DNA of 32,000 nucleotides from Zymomonas mobilis subsp. mobilis ATCC 10988 (lineage in GTDB: Bacteria; Pseudomonadota; Alphaproteobacteria; Sphingomonadales; Sphingomonadaceae), in contig NC_017262.1 of NCBI RefSeq assembly GCF_000175255.2, positions 1,530,001 to 1,562,000 on the forward strand, given 5' to 3'. A model generated the notes under the pieces. It worked only from the letters and a program-made list of their open reading frames with translations. It did not search any database and had not been told where the DNA came from. Below are positions 1 to 9,932 of this stretch, in pieces. How positions within the stretch are numbered: the stretch's first letter is position 1; every line of letters starts with the position of its first letter. The translations under genes were made by a program, and so were the position numbers.

Positions 1-782
1 GACGGGGTATCAAACTGGTCGGATACATCAGACAGGATCGTGTATTTGACCCCCATCAGATCAAGCATCCGTTTCAATTCACGGTTATTTCCGACGGCAT
101 AACCATCAAAACCCGGAATAATATTGATGGAGTCATTGGGGGTTCGTGTTTTGTCTTTCCAGAAATTTTCTAGAATACCCCGCATCATATTGTCATAGCC
201 GGTGATGTGACTGCCGACAAAAGCCGGAGTATGGGCAAAAGGCACATTGAAATCAGCCGGAACCGAGCCTTTTTCTTTGGCCGTATTGATAAAGGATTGC
301 AGGTCATCCCCGATTACTTCGGCCATGCAGGTCGTCGAAACCGCGATCATTTTCGGGTTATACAGGCTGTAGGCGTTGGCCAGCCCATCAACCATATTGT
401 TCAAGCCTCCAAAAACTGCTGCATCTTCGGTCATCGAAGAGGACACTGCCGAGGCTGGTTCTTTGAAATGGCGGGCGAGATGAGAGCGGTAATAGGCTAC
501 ACATCCCTGCGAGCCATGCACAAAACTTAAGGTACCTTCAAAACCGGCGGCGGCAAAGACCGCACCTAGAGGCTGGCATGATTTTGCGGGATTGATCGTC
601 AGGGCTTCGCGGGCAAAGTTTTTCTCGCGATATTCCCAGCTTTTAGTCCAATCGGCAATCTCTTTGACCTTGTCGGCTTCCGGCATATTTTCAAGTTTGC
701 TTTTGGCCGACAGCATCTCTTTATATTCTGGTTCCAGAAAAAGAGAGGCATAATCAAGGGTTTTTTCAACAGATTGAGGCAT
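1..782 (-). CDS. nifK: Nitrogenase MoFe protein beta chain NifK, N-terminal ~260 codons (3' end lies beyond window start)
   Basis: Absent from the ORF track because it is open to the window edge. My reverse-complement translation from ATG 782..780 reads [24 protein letters not shown]...[34 protein letters not shown], a typical NifK N-terminus with P-cluster Cys region. It lies 59 nt downstream of nifD in nifHDK order. Confidence 0.9.
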   Translation of the reverse strand, partial: MPQSVEKTLDYASLFLEPEYKEMLSAKSKLENMPEADKVKEIADWTKSWEYREKNFAREALTINPAKSCQPLGAVFAAAGFEGTLSFVHGSQGCVAYYRSHLARHFKEPASAVSSSMTEDAAVFGGLNNMVDGLANAYSLYNPKMIAVSTTCMAEVIGDDLQSFINTAKEKGSVPADFNVPFAHTPAFVGSHITGYDNMMRGILENFWKDKTRTPNDSINIIPGFDGYAVGNNRELKRMLDLMGVKYTILSDVSDQFDTP

Positions 783-841
783 CGTCTAATCCTCTTTTAT
801 CAGGGGTGGCAGGGACTTTGCCCTGCCATAGGCTGCCCCAT

Positions 842-2317
842 TTAAGCAGCGGTTTTCCAAGGGGCTTTGAACATGCCCCAGACTGGGCTATTGATGGCCA
901 AATCCATGTCACGGGCAAAAATGGCAAAGCCGTCATAACCATGATAAGGCCCCGAATAATCCCATGAATGCATCTGGCGGAACGGTATGCCGGCTTTTTG
1001 AACCGCATATTTTTCCTTGATGCCGGAACCGACCAGATCGGGGCGAATGGCCTCGATGAATTTTTCCAGCTCATAGGTTGAGGCGTCGTCATAAATTAAC
1101 GTGCCTTCTTTGACGTAATGGCCTGTCCGTTGGTAATCATCGTTATGGGCAAATTCATAGCCAGTCGCGACGATTTCCATCCCAAGATCGGTATAGGCAT
1201 TGACGACATGGCGTGACCGCAATCCGCCGACATAAAGCAGCACTTTTTTGCCTTCGAGGCGGGGGCGGTATTTGGCAATCACCGCATCGGCTAAAGGCTG
1301 ATATTTGGCGATAACGCGCTCGGCACCTTCTTTGATCTTGTCATCAAAATTTTCGGCAATTTTCCGTAAGGAAGCGGCAATTTGGCTGGGGCCAAACAGA
1401 TTATATTCCATCCACGGAATACCGTGCTTTTCTTCCATATAGCGGCTGATGTAATTCAATGACCGATAGCAATGGATCAGATTCATCTTGGCCTTAGGCG
1501 CTCGTTCGATTTCAGCCAAAGTGGCATCACCCGACCAGCTACCGATTACCCTCAAACCCATTTCTTCGAGAAGAATACGGGAAGACCACGCATCACCGCC
1601 GATATTATAGTCACCCAAAATATTCACATCATAGGGCGAAGGTTCAAAGGGAACCTGATTACCGTCTTGGTCAAGCACCCAGTCACGAATGACATCGCAG
1701 GCGATATGATGCCCCAAAGACTGGGATACCCCGCGAAAGCCTTCACAGCGCACCGGAACGATGGTTTTTCCGCTGATTTTTTTCTGTTCGCGGGCAACGG
1801 ATTCTATATCATCACCGATCAAGCCGACCGGACATTCTGATTGAATAGTCGTGCCATGATTAAGCGGGAACAACTCGTCAATTTCGGTGAGAATTTTTTT
1901 CAGCTTTTTATCACCGCCGAAAACAATATCTTTTTCCTGATAATCGGAGGTGAATTGCATGGTGACAAAGCTATCCACGCCGGTGGTGCCGTTATAGAAA
2001 TTCCGGCGTTGCGACCATGAATAATGACCGCAACCAACGGGGCCATGACTGATATGAACCATGTCTTTGACAGGCCCCCAGACCACACCTTTTGAACCGG
2101 CATAAGCACAGCCGCGGATCGTCATCACACCCGGAATAGATTTGATATTCGATTTAACGCTGCATTCGCTTAAGGCACCCGGATCGGCTTCGGTGTCGGG
2201 GGCTTTGGCAACCGTCAGATGTTTCTGACGGCGCTTTTTGGCCTTGGCCGGATAGGCTTCAAGCACTTCCTCGATGAGGCGGGTGTTGAAGATGGTTTCT
2301 TCTTCATTCAAGCTCAT
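842..2317 (-). CDS. nifD: Nitrogenase MoFe protein alpha chain NifD (491 aa)
   Basis: The full ORF carries NifD hallmarks ([42 protein letters not shown]). It starts 10 nt after the nifH stop. Confidence 0.95.
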   Translation of the reverse strand: MSLNEEETIFNTRLIEEVLEAYPAKAKKRRQKHLTVAKAPDTEADPGALSECSVKSNIKSIPGVMTIRGCAYAGSKGVVWGPVKDMVHISHGPVGCGHYSWSQRRNFYNGTTGVDSFVTMQFTSDYQEKDIVFGGDKKLKKILTEIDELFPLNHGTTIQSECPVGLIGDDIESVAREQKKISGKTIVPVRCEGFRGVSQSLGHHIACDVIRDWVLDQDGNQVPFEPSPYDVNILGDYNIGGDAWSSRILLEEMGLRVIGSWSGDATLAEIERAPKAKMNLIHCYRSLNYISRYMEEKHGIPWMEYNLFGPSQIAASLRKIAENFDDKIKEGAERVIAKYQPLADAVIAKYRPRLEGKKVLLYVGGLRSRHVVNAYTDLGMEIVATGYEFAHNDDYQRTGHYVKEGTLIYDDASTYELEKFIEAIRPDLVGSGIKEKYAVQKAGIPFRQMHSWDYSGPYHGYDGFAIFARDMDLAINSPVWGMFKAPWKTAA

Positions 2318-2327
2318 CTTGCGCTCC

Positions 2328-3335
<1,008 letters not shown>

Positions 3336-3378
3336 TCATCAGAAAAAAGGAGTGCGATTTATAAATTGTAAGGTTCTT

Positions 3379-3394
3379 TGTTCGAAGCGCGACA
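3379..3394 (-). promoter_or_regulatory. NifA upstream activator sequence (TGT-N10-ACA) for nifH
   Basis: The sequence is TGTTCGAAGCGCGACA (palindromic class, so the same motif on both strands). Its centre is about 95 bp upstream of the -24 element. Confidence 0.75.
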
Positions 3395-3515
3395 AATCAT
3401 ACATTATGATGTCGCAAAACATATTATATTTATAATTTTTAATTTTTTATTATAAAATAATAATATGTGCTTTTAATGCACGGATAAAAGGTAAATTATT
3501 TTACAGGTTAAATTT

Positions 3516-3534
3516 GATATTGATTCTCATTATT
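3516..3534 (+). promoter_or_regulatory. Fur box overlapping the putative -35 of the TonB-dependent receptor promoter
   Basis: GATATTGATTCTCATTATT matches 15 of 19 positions of the Fur consensus GATAATGATAATCATTATC. A possible promoter is TTGATT-17 nt-CATATT. The site lies about 60 nt upstream of ATG 3593. Confidence 0.6.
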
Positions 3535-3592
3535 TTTGTTATCATATTCCCCTTCCATTGCGAGACATTATCAATAAAAAATAGAGGAATGA

Positions 3593-5722
3593 ATGAGAAA
3601 CCCGTTACAGAAATGGGGAATGCTGCAAAGCGGAACATGTCTTGTTGCCCTTTTGCTTTCATCGCCATCACATGCTGCAAAAGGTAAAAAAGAGGATCCC
3701 GCTGATCTGGTGATTACCGCCAAAAAAGACAGCGATGACTATGGGCAAAAACGCAATACGGCGGCCAAGATAGATATTGCCAATCGTGATTTGCCCCAAA
3801 CCGTCAATACTGTATCGGCGCAGTTAATGCGGGATCAGATGGTTCTATCCCAGCAAGATGCCTTGAAAAATGTTCCGGGCGTTTCTTTTTCTACGGGGGA
3901 TGGTCAGCGCGATCAGGTTTTTATCCGTGGTTTTAATGCTTTTGGTGATGAATTTGTAAATGGTTTTCGGGATGATGCCCTTTATTTCAGGGATATGTCC
4001 AATATTGAAAATATCGAGGTTTTAAAGGGGCCATCGGCCGCCCTATTTGGACGCGGATCAGCGGGCGGTATTGTCAATCGGGTCACAAAACAGGCTGATA
4101 CCAATATAACCAATGTGACTTTTACCGGTGGGTCATGGAATGATTATCGTGGTCAATGGGACTTTGGTCGTAACAGCAAAAGAACCGGTAATGGTTTCCG
4201 TTTAACGGGGGCGATCGAGAATGGTGACAGCTATCGCGATCAACAATTTGTCCATCGTTTCGCGATAGCACCCTCTTTCATGTATGGGAAAGGCACGGAT
4301 ACGGTTGTGACGTTTCAGGCCGATTATTTGAAAGATCGCCGAATTGCCGATTTAGGCAACCCTTCTTTGAATGGTCGCACGATCAATGTCGATCACCCCG
4401 AAATCTATTACGGGTCAGCCGATGCGGCTAAATATGACTATACCCAATCCACCGTATTTTCTCAGACGATCAACGCCGTCCATCATTTTTCTGATAATTT
4501 ATCATTAAGGGATGGCTTTCGTCATTATGATTATAAGATGTTTCGGGGCAATACCAGTCCGGCGAGCGGGGTCGTTGATGGATTAGTCCAGCTTTCTCAC
4601 CATCCGGCTTCTCGAGATGAAAGCGGATGGGATAACCAGTTAGAGCTGACGCAAAAAATCGACAGCGGCAAAATTCATCAGACATTGCTTTATGGCTTTG
4701 AAGTTTCTCGTCAAAGTAAACTTTCTACTACCTATGCGACTTATCCCGGTAAAAATGCTTCGGCCGCCGAGAAAGCCAGTTTTTATGTCGATGCCTATAA
4801 TCCGGTTTTGCCCACTATTACAGGGGATGACCTTACCAGTATTACCAACCAGAATCGCGGCATTTTTTATGATTATGGCCTGTATATTCAGGATGCGGTC
4901 GATTTTTCTCATGGATTTAAATTACTGGCGGGTATCCGCTGGGATTCCTTTAGTCAGACGACTTTACCTTTGGCTGGATCCGCCAGCTATGCCCATCGCC
5001 TCGATCATACATGGAGTCCCCGTGTTGGTTTGACCTATGAACCGGATAACCACCAATCCTATTATATCTCGTGGAGTAAAAGTTATCAGCCCTCTGGTGA
5101 AACGCTGAATATTGTGGCCACGCAAGCGGATTTGATTCCTTCTGCGACAACGTCAAAGGAAATAGGTGCCAAATATAACCTGTGGCATGATCGCTTAACG
5201 ATACAGATTGCCGGTTTTATCATTAAGAAAACCCATATTCAGGCGACCAATCCACTGGATAATAGCACGATGGCGATAGGCACCCAACGCAATGAGGGGG
5301 CTGAATTTTCGGCCACCCTTGATGTCGGGAAAGATATTCATTTGATTGCGGGCTATGCCTATTTAAGAACCAAAAATCTGGCTTCGGCTGTGCCGGCTTA
5401 TGTTGGGAAAGAAGGCACCTTGGCACCTCATAACCAAGGCAATTTCTATATCACCAAGAGTTTTGGCAAGCATTTCGGTATTGGCGGCGGCATGAATTAC
5501 GTTGGTAATCGTTGGGCTGATCCAAGCAATACCGTTATTTTACCGCATTATGTGACGGGTGATGCCATGGGATGGGCACAATTCGGGCGATATCGTTTCC
5601 AGATCAATGCCTATAATCTATCGAATGCCCATTATGTCGTTTCAGGACATGGCACCAATGCCAATCTGAACATGCCGGGCGCTCCACTGAATTTCAGGGG
5701 AACGATCAGCGTGTCTTTATAA
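3593..5722 (+). CDS. TonB-dependent outer-membrane receptor, siderophore-receptor-like (709 aa)
   Basis: It has a signal peptide (…LLLSSPSHAA), a TonB-box-like DLVITAKK and plug motifs (NVPGVSFS, RGFN…, IEVLKGPSAALFGRGSAGGIVN), followed by a long beta-barrel region. GAGGAA lies upstream as an RBS. Confidence 0.85.
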   Translation: MRNPLQKWGMLQSGTCLVALLLSSPSHAAKGKKEDPADLVITAKKDSDDYGQKRNTAAKIDIANRDLPQTVNTVSAQLMRDQMVLSQQDALKNVPGVSFSTGDGQRDQVFIRGFNAFGDEFVNGFRDDALYFRDMSNIENIEVLKGPSAALFGRGSAGGIVNRVTKQADTNITNVTFTGGSWNDYRGQWDFGRNSKRTGNGFRLTGAIENGDSYRDQQFVHRFAIAPSFMYGKGTDTVVTFQADYLKDRRIADLGNPSLNGRTINVDHPEIYYGSADAAKYDYTQSTVFSQTINAVHHFSDNLSLRDGFRHYDYKMFRGNTSPASGVVDGLVQLSHHPASRDESGWDNQLELTQKIDSGKIHQTLLYGFEVSRQSKLSTTYATYPGKNASAAEKASFYVDAYNPVLPTITGDDLTSITNQNRGIFYDYGLYIQDAVDFSHGFKLLAGIRWDSFSQTTLPLAGSASYAHRLDHTWSPRVGLTYEPDNHQSYYISWSKSYQPSGETLNIVATQADLIPSATTSKEIGAKYNLWHDRLTIQIAGFIIKKTHIQATNPLDNSTMAIGTQRNEGAEFSATLDVGKDIHLIAGYAYLRTKNLASAVPAYVGKEGTLAPHNQGNFYITKSFGKHFGIGGGMNYVGNRWADPSNTVILPHYVTGDAMGWAQFGRYRFQINAYNLSNAHYVVSGHGTNANLNMPGAPLNFRGTISVSL

Positions 5723-5734
5723 AAGAGGCGGGTT

Positions 5735-6595
5735 CTATTCAGCTCTCCTTTCGAGGAGAGTTGAAGAAAGATAATCAGATAAAAAATCCGCTATTTTTTT
5801 GAGCGAAAGCGGTAACGCGATTATCTGCATCTCTTCCAAAAAGCGCCGTTCATTTCTGGTCAGATTCTCGATATCGACTAGGGCAAAATGAGGCGCTTTT
5901 GATCTTTTGATTATCTGCCTTGCAAAACTTCTCAGCATTTGGTCATCAAAATGGCAACCGATGAACAGGAAGCTGCATGATGACCGCCTTTCTTGCACTG
6001 ATTCAGGGATGGGGGTCTGAATATCAATTTCGGTCAAGACTTCGACATAATCGGAATCTGAAATCAGATAATTCTGATGCGGTGAAACAGAGCCATGCGG
6101 TTTGTAAAGAAGGGTTTGCCATTCTTTAACGCTTTCCATCGGGACTTCTTCGCCCGTGGCATCATAAGCTGTGAACCAGCGATATTCGTTAATCGCTGCG
6201 TGATTGATGCCTTGAATTTCGCCCCAGTTCAAAGTCTTGTCTTGGGATAAAGCCTGACGCATGGCGCCATCATACCAACTGTCAACGATAAGCGGGGGAT
6301 GAAGCGCGGCGATAAGCTGATGCAGTGGGGAAGGGGGCACCGGATTTTCAAAGGCGGCATTCATAATCGCCGTCAGGGTTTTTCGATGGCGGCGGCTTTC
6401 GATATATTGCGCGGCAGCCCAAGGATTACCTTTTGCCCGTTTAGGAAGGGCGACCTTCTTCCCGAAAAAATCGGCTAGCCCCTTTATGGAAACCGGCGTC
6501 CACTGATTGGCGGTGATCGCGGTGACATCGGGGCCTAGATAAAAAGCGAGCGCCTGACGCGATAAATGGTCAGAAATATCTGACAGGATATCCAT
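5735..6595 (-). CDS. SIR2-like (SIR2_2-type) domain protein, last gene of the nifB operon (286 aa)
   Basis: Four blocks resemble, from memory, the SIR2_2 family: AFYLGPDVT (in place of FlGAGvS), PLIVDSWYDGAM (in place of iiTTNYDxLlE), LYKPHGSVSPHQNYLISDSDY (LHGs…DY) and FLFIGCHFDDQMLR (llFlGySlxDxxlr). Its start overlaps the nifT stop (TGATG at 6593..6597). Confidence 0.55.
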   Translation of the reverse strand: MDILSDISDHLSRQALAFYLGPDVTAITANQWTPVSIKGLADFFGKKVALPKRAKGNPWAAAQYIESRRHRKTLTAIMNAAFENPVPPSPLHQLIAALHPPLIVDSWYDGAMRQALSQDKTLNWGEIQGINHAAINEYRWFTAYDATGEEVPMESVKEWQTLLYKPHGSVSPHQNYLISDSDYVEVLTEIDIQTPIPESVQERRSSCSFLFIGCHFDDQMLRSFARQIIKRSKAPHFALVDIENLTRNERRFLEEMQIIALPLSLKKIADFLSDYLSSTLLERRAE

Positions 6596-6807
6596 CAGTT
6601 TTCTTCTGCGCGTTTACGCGCTTCGATAGTAATCGGTAATGGGGTATCGGCGGCCATATCTGGCAATTCCAATGTCCATCCGTTTTTTAAGCGTATCCAG
6701 CCGCCCCAAATATCAGGCTTTTCCTGTTCGATAACCGCTTCTTCAAGGTCTTTTTTCGGAACATAGACGGAAAGCCCTCTTGCTGTTTGGCGCAGCATTA
6801 TTTTCAT
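6595..6807 (-). CDS. nifT: Nitrogen fixation protein NifT/FixU (70 aa)
   Basis: MKIMLRQTARGLSVYVPKKDLEE…WGGWIRLKNGWTLELP matches the NifT/FixU pattern. The gene follows nifZ. Confidence 0.85.
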   Translation of the reverse strand: MKIMLRQTARGLSVYVPKKDLEEAVIEQEKPDIWGGWIRLKNGWTLELPDMAADTPLPITIEARKRAEEN

Positions 6808-6827
6808 ATTGTGTCTCCGAAAGAAGT

Positions 6828-7082
6828 CTAAAGCGCGATGTCTAATTCTCGTTTCCGCATACCAACAATTTTGCCACGTTCGACGAAATCGACGGCATAA
6901 ATATAATAGCGTTGAAGAAAGACACCGATATCGCGGATATAACCGACATCGCCTTTGTTAATCAGGATTTCGCCAATATCGGCACCGATAAAAGTCCCGT
7001 CATTTTTGATATAAAGGCGTGATTTTACCTTGGTTCCAACGGGAAAGACCGGTGCTTTTTGAATTTCATTTTCGTCATTCAT
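6828..7082 (-). CDS. nifZ: NifZ (84 aa)
   Basis: The NifZ-domain pattern is present: KNDGTF…GEILINKGDVGYIRDIG…YIYAVDFVERGKIVGMRKREL. Confidence 0.85.
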   Translation of the reverse strand: MNDENEIQKAPVFPVGTKVKSRLYIKNDGTFIGADIGEILINKGDVGYIRDIGVFLQRYYIYAVDFVERGKIVGMRKRELDIAL

Positions 7083-7115
7083 CCATTCAGCCTTTCCCGA
7101 AGTCAGAATTTAAAA

Positions 7116-7310
7116 TTAGGCCGGAATGCAGGTGTCTGGCATCGGGCAGATGGCCGCACATTGCGGTTCGTCAAACTGACCGTCGCATTCGGTGCAGCTA
7201 TTGGGATCGATGATGAAAACATCGCCTTTCATTTTGATTGCTGAATTGGGGCATTCAAATTCACAAGCGCCACAAGCGGTGCAATTTTCAGCAACAATTT
7301 TATAAGACAT
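7116..7310 (-). CDS. fdxN: 2x[4Fe-4S] ferredoxin (FdxN / ferredoxin III type, 64 aa)
   Basis: The [12 protein letters not shown] and CTECDG…C motifs are present. The gene lies immediately downstream of nifB, as in other alphaproteobacterial nifB-fdxN units. Confidence 0.85.
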   Translation of the reverse strand: MSYKIVAENCTACGACEFECPNSAIKMKGDVFIIDPNSCTECDGQFDEPQCAAICPMPDTCIPA

Positions 7311-7349
7311 AGTTCCAATCCTTCTACTAAAGTAATGATAAACGGATAT

Positions 7350-8819
7350 TCAGGCTATCCGGCGATTCTCTTTGGAAAACCGTGCCGCATACCAAGAAGA
7401 AAGGCCACTTTCTATCCAGTCATGGGCATAATCGACATTGACTTCGATACCAGCTTTTTCCAGTTTTTCCCGAGGACAATCACCAATACGGGCGCATAAA
7501 ACCGCCTGAATACCTTCTAAGGCTGTGATAATACTATCCAGCCGTTGGTCATCGCCATTGCCTTCCGCACAATAAAGCGGAATTTTGCGATGACTGATGA
7601 ATTTTACGCCATAAGGGGAAACTTCGTAAATCTGAAATTCTTGGGCATGGCCAAAATGCTGGTTAATCCGCCCGCCTTGTTTGGAAACAACGGCAGCAAG
7701 GATAGTTGGCTTGGCCTCTAATTCGGCCAATTTCTTCTCAGCCGATTTCTTCTGTTCCAAATGTTCACCCCGCTCTTGGGCAACAATTTCACGATAGCTG
7801 GCACGATTGGCGGGGTTATATTCCAGTGTTTCTGGGATTTTATCCATCGAGAAGGCTTGTCCCCGATCCTCCCCCAATAAACCAATGGCATCCGCCCGAC
7901 ATTGCCGACAATGGCGCATCAATTTTGTGCCATCGGCTAATTGATTTTGAAGTGCCATCAATTCCTGATGGCTGGGCTCTCTCTGTCCGGTCAGGCCAAA
8001 ATGGGTTCCATGTGCCGGATCAGAAATCAGCGGCATGATATTGTGAAGAAATGCGCCTTTTTCTTTGACGACCCGATTAACTTCTAACAAATGCGTGTCA
8101 TTGATGTTCGGTATCATGACTGAATTGACTTTGGTGAGAATGCCGCGTTCTTTCAGCAATTCTAAAGCCAGCATTTGCCGTTCATGCAGAATTCGGGAGG
8201 CTTCTCTCCCCGTCCAGCGTTTATTCTCGAAAAAAATCCAAGGATAGATTTTTGCCCCGATTTCAGGATCAACCATATTGATCGTCAAAGTGACATGATC
8301 AATATTCATTTTGGCAATGTCGTCGATACAATCCGCCAAAGCCAATCCATTGGTTGAAAGGCAGAATTTTACATCAGGGATAGCCTTGGCTACCTGTTCA
8401 AAGGTTTCTTTGGTTTTTTCCCAATCGTAACAGGCATCTCCGGGGCCTGCGATACCCAGAACTGAAAGCTGAGAGACTTCATTGGCAACGGCAATGACTT
8501 TTCGCAGCGCTTGTTCCGGTGTCAGCCTTTCCGAGACGACCCCCGGGCGGCTTTCATTGGCGCAGTCATATTTTCGGTTGCAATAATTACATTGGATATT
8601 GCAAGCCGGAGCGACCGCTACATGCATACGGGCAAAATATTGATGTGCCTCTTCGGAATAGCAGGGGTGGTCTTTGACTTTTTCCCAGATATCATCTGCC
8701 AAATCCTTTGCATCTGACATTTTACCACAGGCCGATGAAGCACAACCCTGTGTCGCGGGGCGGGGGCTAGGGATACCCCCGTTGGGTTCCAATGGCTGGA
8801 TATGGATGAGCTGGGACAT
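7350..8819 (-). CDS. nifB: FeMo-cofactor biosynthesis radical-SAM protein NifB with C-terminal NifX-like domain (489 aa)
   Basis: It has the CNIQCNYCNRKYDC radical-SAM motif and a C-terminal NifX/NafY-like domain (…VSKQGGRINQHFGHAQEFQIYE…). I chose ATG 8819 (AGGA 6 nt upstream). The track start at 8840 is a GTG only about 8 nt from the predicted sigma-54 transcription start. Confidence 0.9.
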   Translation of the reverse strand: MSQLIHIQPLEPNGGIPSPRPATQGCASSACGKMSDAKDLADDIWEKVKDHPCYSEEAHQYFARMHVAVAPACNIQCNYCNRKYDCANESRPGVVSERLTPEQALRKVIAVANEVSQLSVLGIAGPGDACYDWEKTKETFEQVAKAIPDVKFCLSTNGLALADCIDDIAKMNIDHVTLTINMVDPEIGAKIYPWIFFENKRWTGREASRILHERQMLALELLKERGILTKVNSVMIPNINDTHLLEVNRVVKEKGAFLHNIMPLISDPAHGTHFGLTGQREPSHQELMALQNQLADGTKLMRHCRQCRADAIGLLGEDRGQAFSMDKIPETLEYNPANRASYREIVAQERGEHLEQKKSAEKKLAELEAKPTILAAVVSKQGGRINQHFGHAQEFQIYEVSPYGVKFISHRKIPLYCAEGNGDDQRLDSIITALEGIQAVLCARIGDCPREKLEKAGIEVNVDYAHDWIESGLSSWYAARFSKENRRIA

Positions 8820-8857
8820 AACATTCCTAACGGCTAACACGCTTTACCAAAAGGATA

Positions 8858-8873
8858 TGCAATGGGCGTGCCA
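8858..8873 (-). promoter_or_regulatory. Sigma-54 (-24/-12) promoter of the nifB operon
   Basis: The minus strand reads TGGCAC-GCCCA-TTGCA, a perfect consensus match. Confidence 0.9.
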
Positions 8874-8928
8874 TAAGCTGACATCGCTTTAAATTCAGGA
8901 AAATGGCCTTTTTGTCTCAGACATAAAT

Positions 8929-8944
8929 TGTCTTAACTCTTACA
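8929..8944 (-). promoter_or_regulatory. NifA UAS (TGT-N10-ACA) for nifB
   Basis: The sequence is TGTCTTAACTCTTACA, centred about 65 bp upstream of the -24 element. Confidence 0.7.
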
Positions 8945-9027
8945 AAATTGTCGGTATCGGTAAAATTTTTGGAATAATCAGACATTATTCGCCAAAAATA
9001 AAGTAATGGCATTACAAAAAAACAGCT

Positions 9028-9093
9028 TTAGAATTTTTTGATAGATATCCCGTTTTTCCGCAGCGCATAGCCTATCTGGCGCGGGGTCATGCC
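9028..9093 (-). pseudogene. nifA: Detached 3' end of nifA (21 codons plus stop), encoding the HTH recognition helix
   Basis: The minus-strand translation is GMTPRQIGYALRKNGISIKKF*. It continues the nifA frame exactly once the IS and one TA copy are removed. The TPRQ.GYALRK pattern is the conserved NifA/Fis-type helix. Confidence 0.9.
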
Positions 9094-9095
9094 TA

Positions 9096-9105
9096 GGCTC
9101 AGGAC
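9096..9105. repeat. IS left terminal inverted repeat
   Basis: GGCTCAGGAC, identical to the reverse complement of 9933..9942. Confidence 0.85.
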
Positions 9106-9168
9106 CTGTTAATTTCTTGAGTTGAGCGGGCTGTTGTGATTCACAGGTTTACCGATAGAGGTGAAGCT

Positions 9169-9932
9169 GTGAGTGACGTGTTTTTGCTGTCTGAGCACCA
9201 GATGGAACGGATTAAGCCGTTTTTTCCACTGGCGCATGGTGTGCCGCGTGTCGATGACCGTCGTGTCCTGAGCGGGATCGTTTACGTGATCCGCAACGGC
9301 CTTCAGTGGAAAGACGCCCCGAAAGCGTATGGCCCGCACAAGACTTTATACAACCGGTTTATCCGGTGGAGCCGCCTGGGTGTCTTTGACCGGATCTTCG
9401 TCGCCCTGACGGAGCAGGCAGGCCGTTCGAAGCGTCTGATGATCGATGCAACACATCTGAAAGCACACCGGACAGCGGCCTCCCTGCTCAAAAAGGGGCT
9501 TTTCCCCGCCATATCGGACGCACGAAAGGCGGACTGAACTCAAAGCTTCACGCTGTATGCGATAGTCAGGGCCGCCCTGTCCGGCTGCATCTGACCGCAG
9601 GTCAGGTCAGTGACTTCAAAGGCGCGGATGTTCTGCTGGCAAATCTGCCGGAAGAAACACAAGAAATTCTCGGGGACCGGGGATACGACAGTAATAAAAT
9701 CAGACAGTCTCTCGCAGACCGGAATATCACCGCCTGTATTCCGCCGAAGAAGAACCGGAAATCAAAGCCGCCTTACGACTGGCATCTGTATAAAAAGCGT
9801 CACCTCATCGAAAATATGTTCGCAAAGCTCAAAGACTGGCGGCGTGTCGCAACACGATACGACCGGTGCGCTCACACATTCATGTCAGCAATCCATATCG
9901 CAGCAAGTTTCATCTTCTATCTCAAAGAATGA
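9169..9932 (+). CDS. IS transposase (OrfAB fusion, DDE), needs a -1 frameshift near 9492..9498
   Basis: Frame 0 reads (GTG 9169) SDVFLLSEHQMERIKPFFP…LMIDATHLKAHRTAASLLKKG and stops at 9537. The -1 frame is open from 9390 with no start codon and reads AFPRHIGRTKGGLNSKLHAVCDSQGRP…GDRGYDS…IENMFAKLKDWRRVATRYDR…, ending with TGA at 9930..9932. The DDE residues are split across the two frames. The start codon choice (9136 or 9169) is uncertain. Confidence 0.8.
9492..9498 (+). other. Candidate programmed -1 ribosomal frameshift heptamer A-AAG-GGG
   Basis: This X-XXY-YYZ-type slippery site lies in the 148-nt overlap of the two transposase frames. Slipping here joins …LLKKG to AFPRHIGRTKGG…. Confidence 0.55.

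Noticed and set aside
8990-9027. The small hairpin GTAATGCCATTAC followed by a T-rich run (minus strand) as the nifA terminator.
   Set aside because: The stem is only 5 bp and AU-rich. It is plausible but too weak to annotate.
9028-9090. A 20-codon mini-ORF (MTPRQIGYALRKNGISIKKF) as an independent small gene.
   Set aside because: It is simply the severed nifA 3' end. There is no RBS or promoter evidence.
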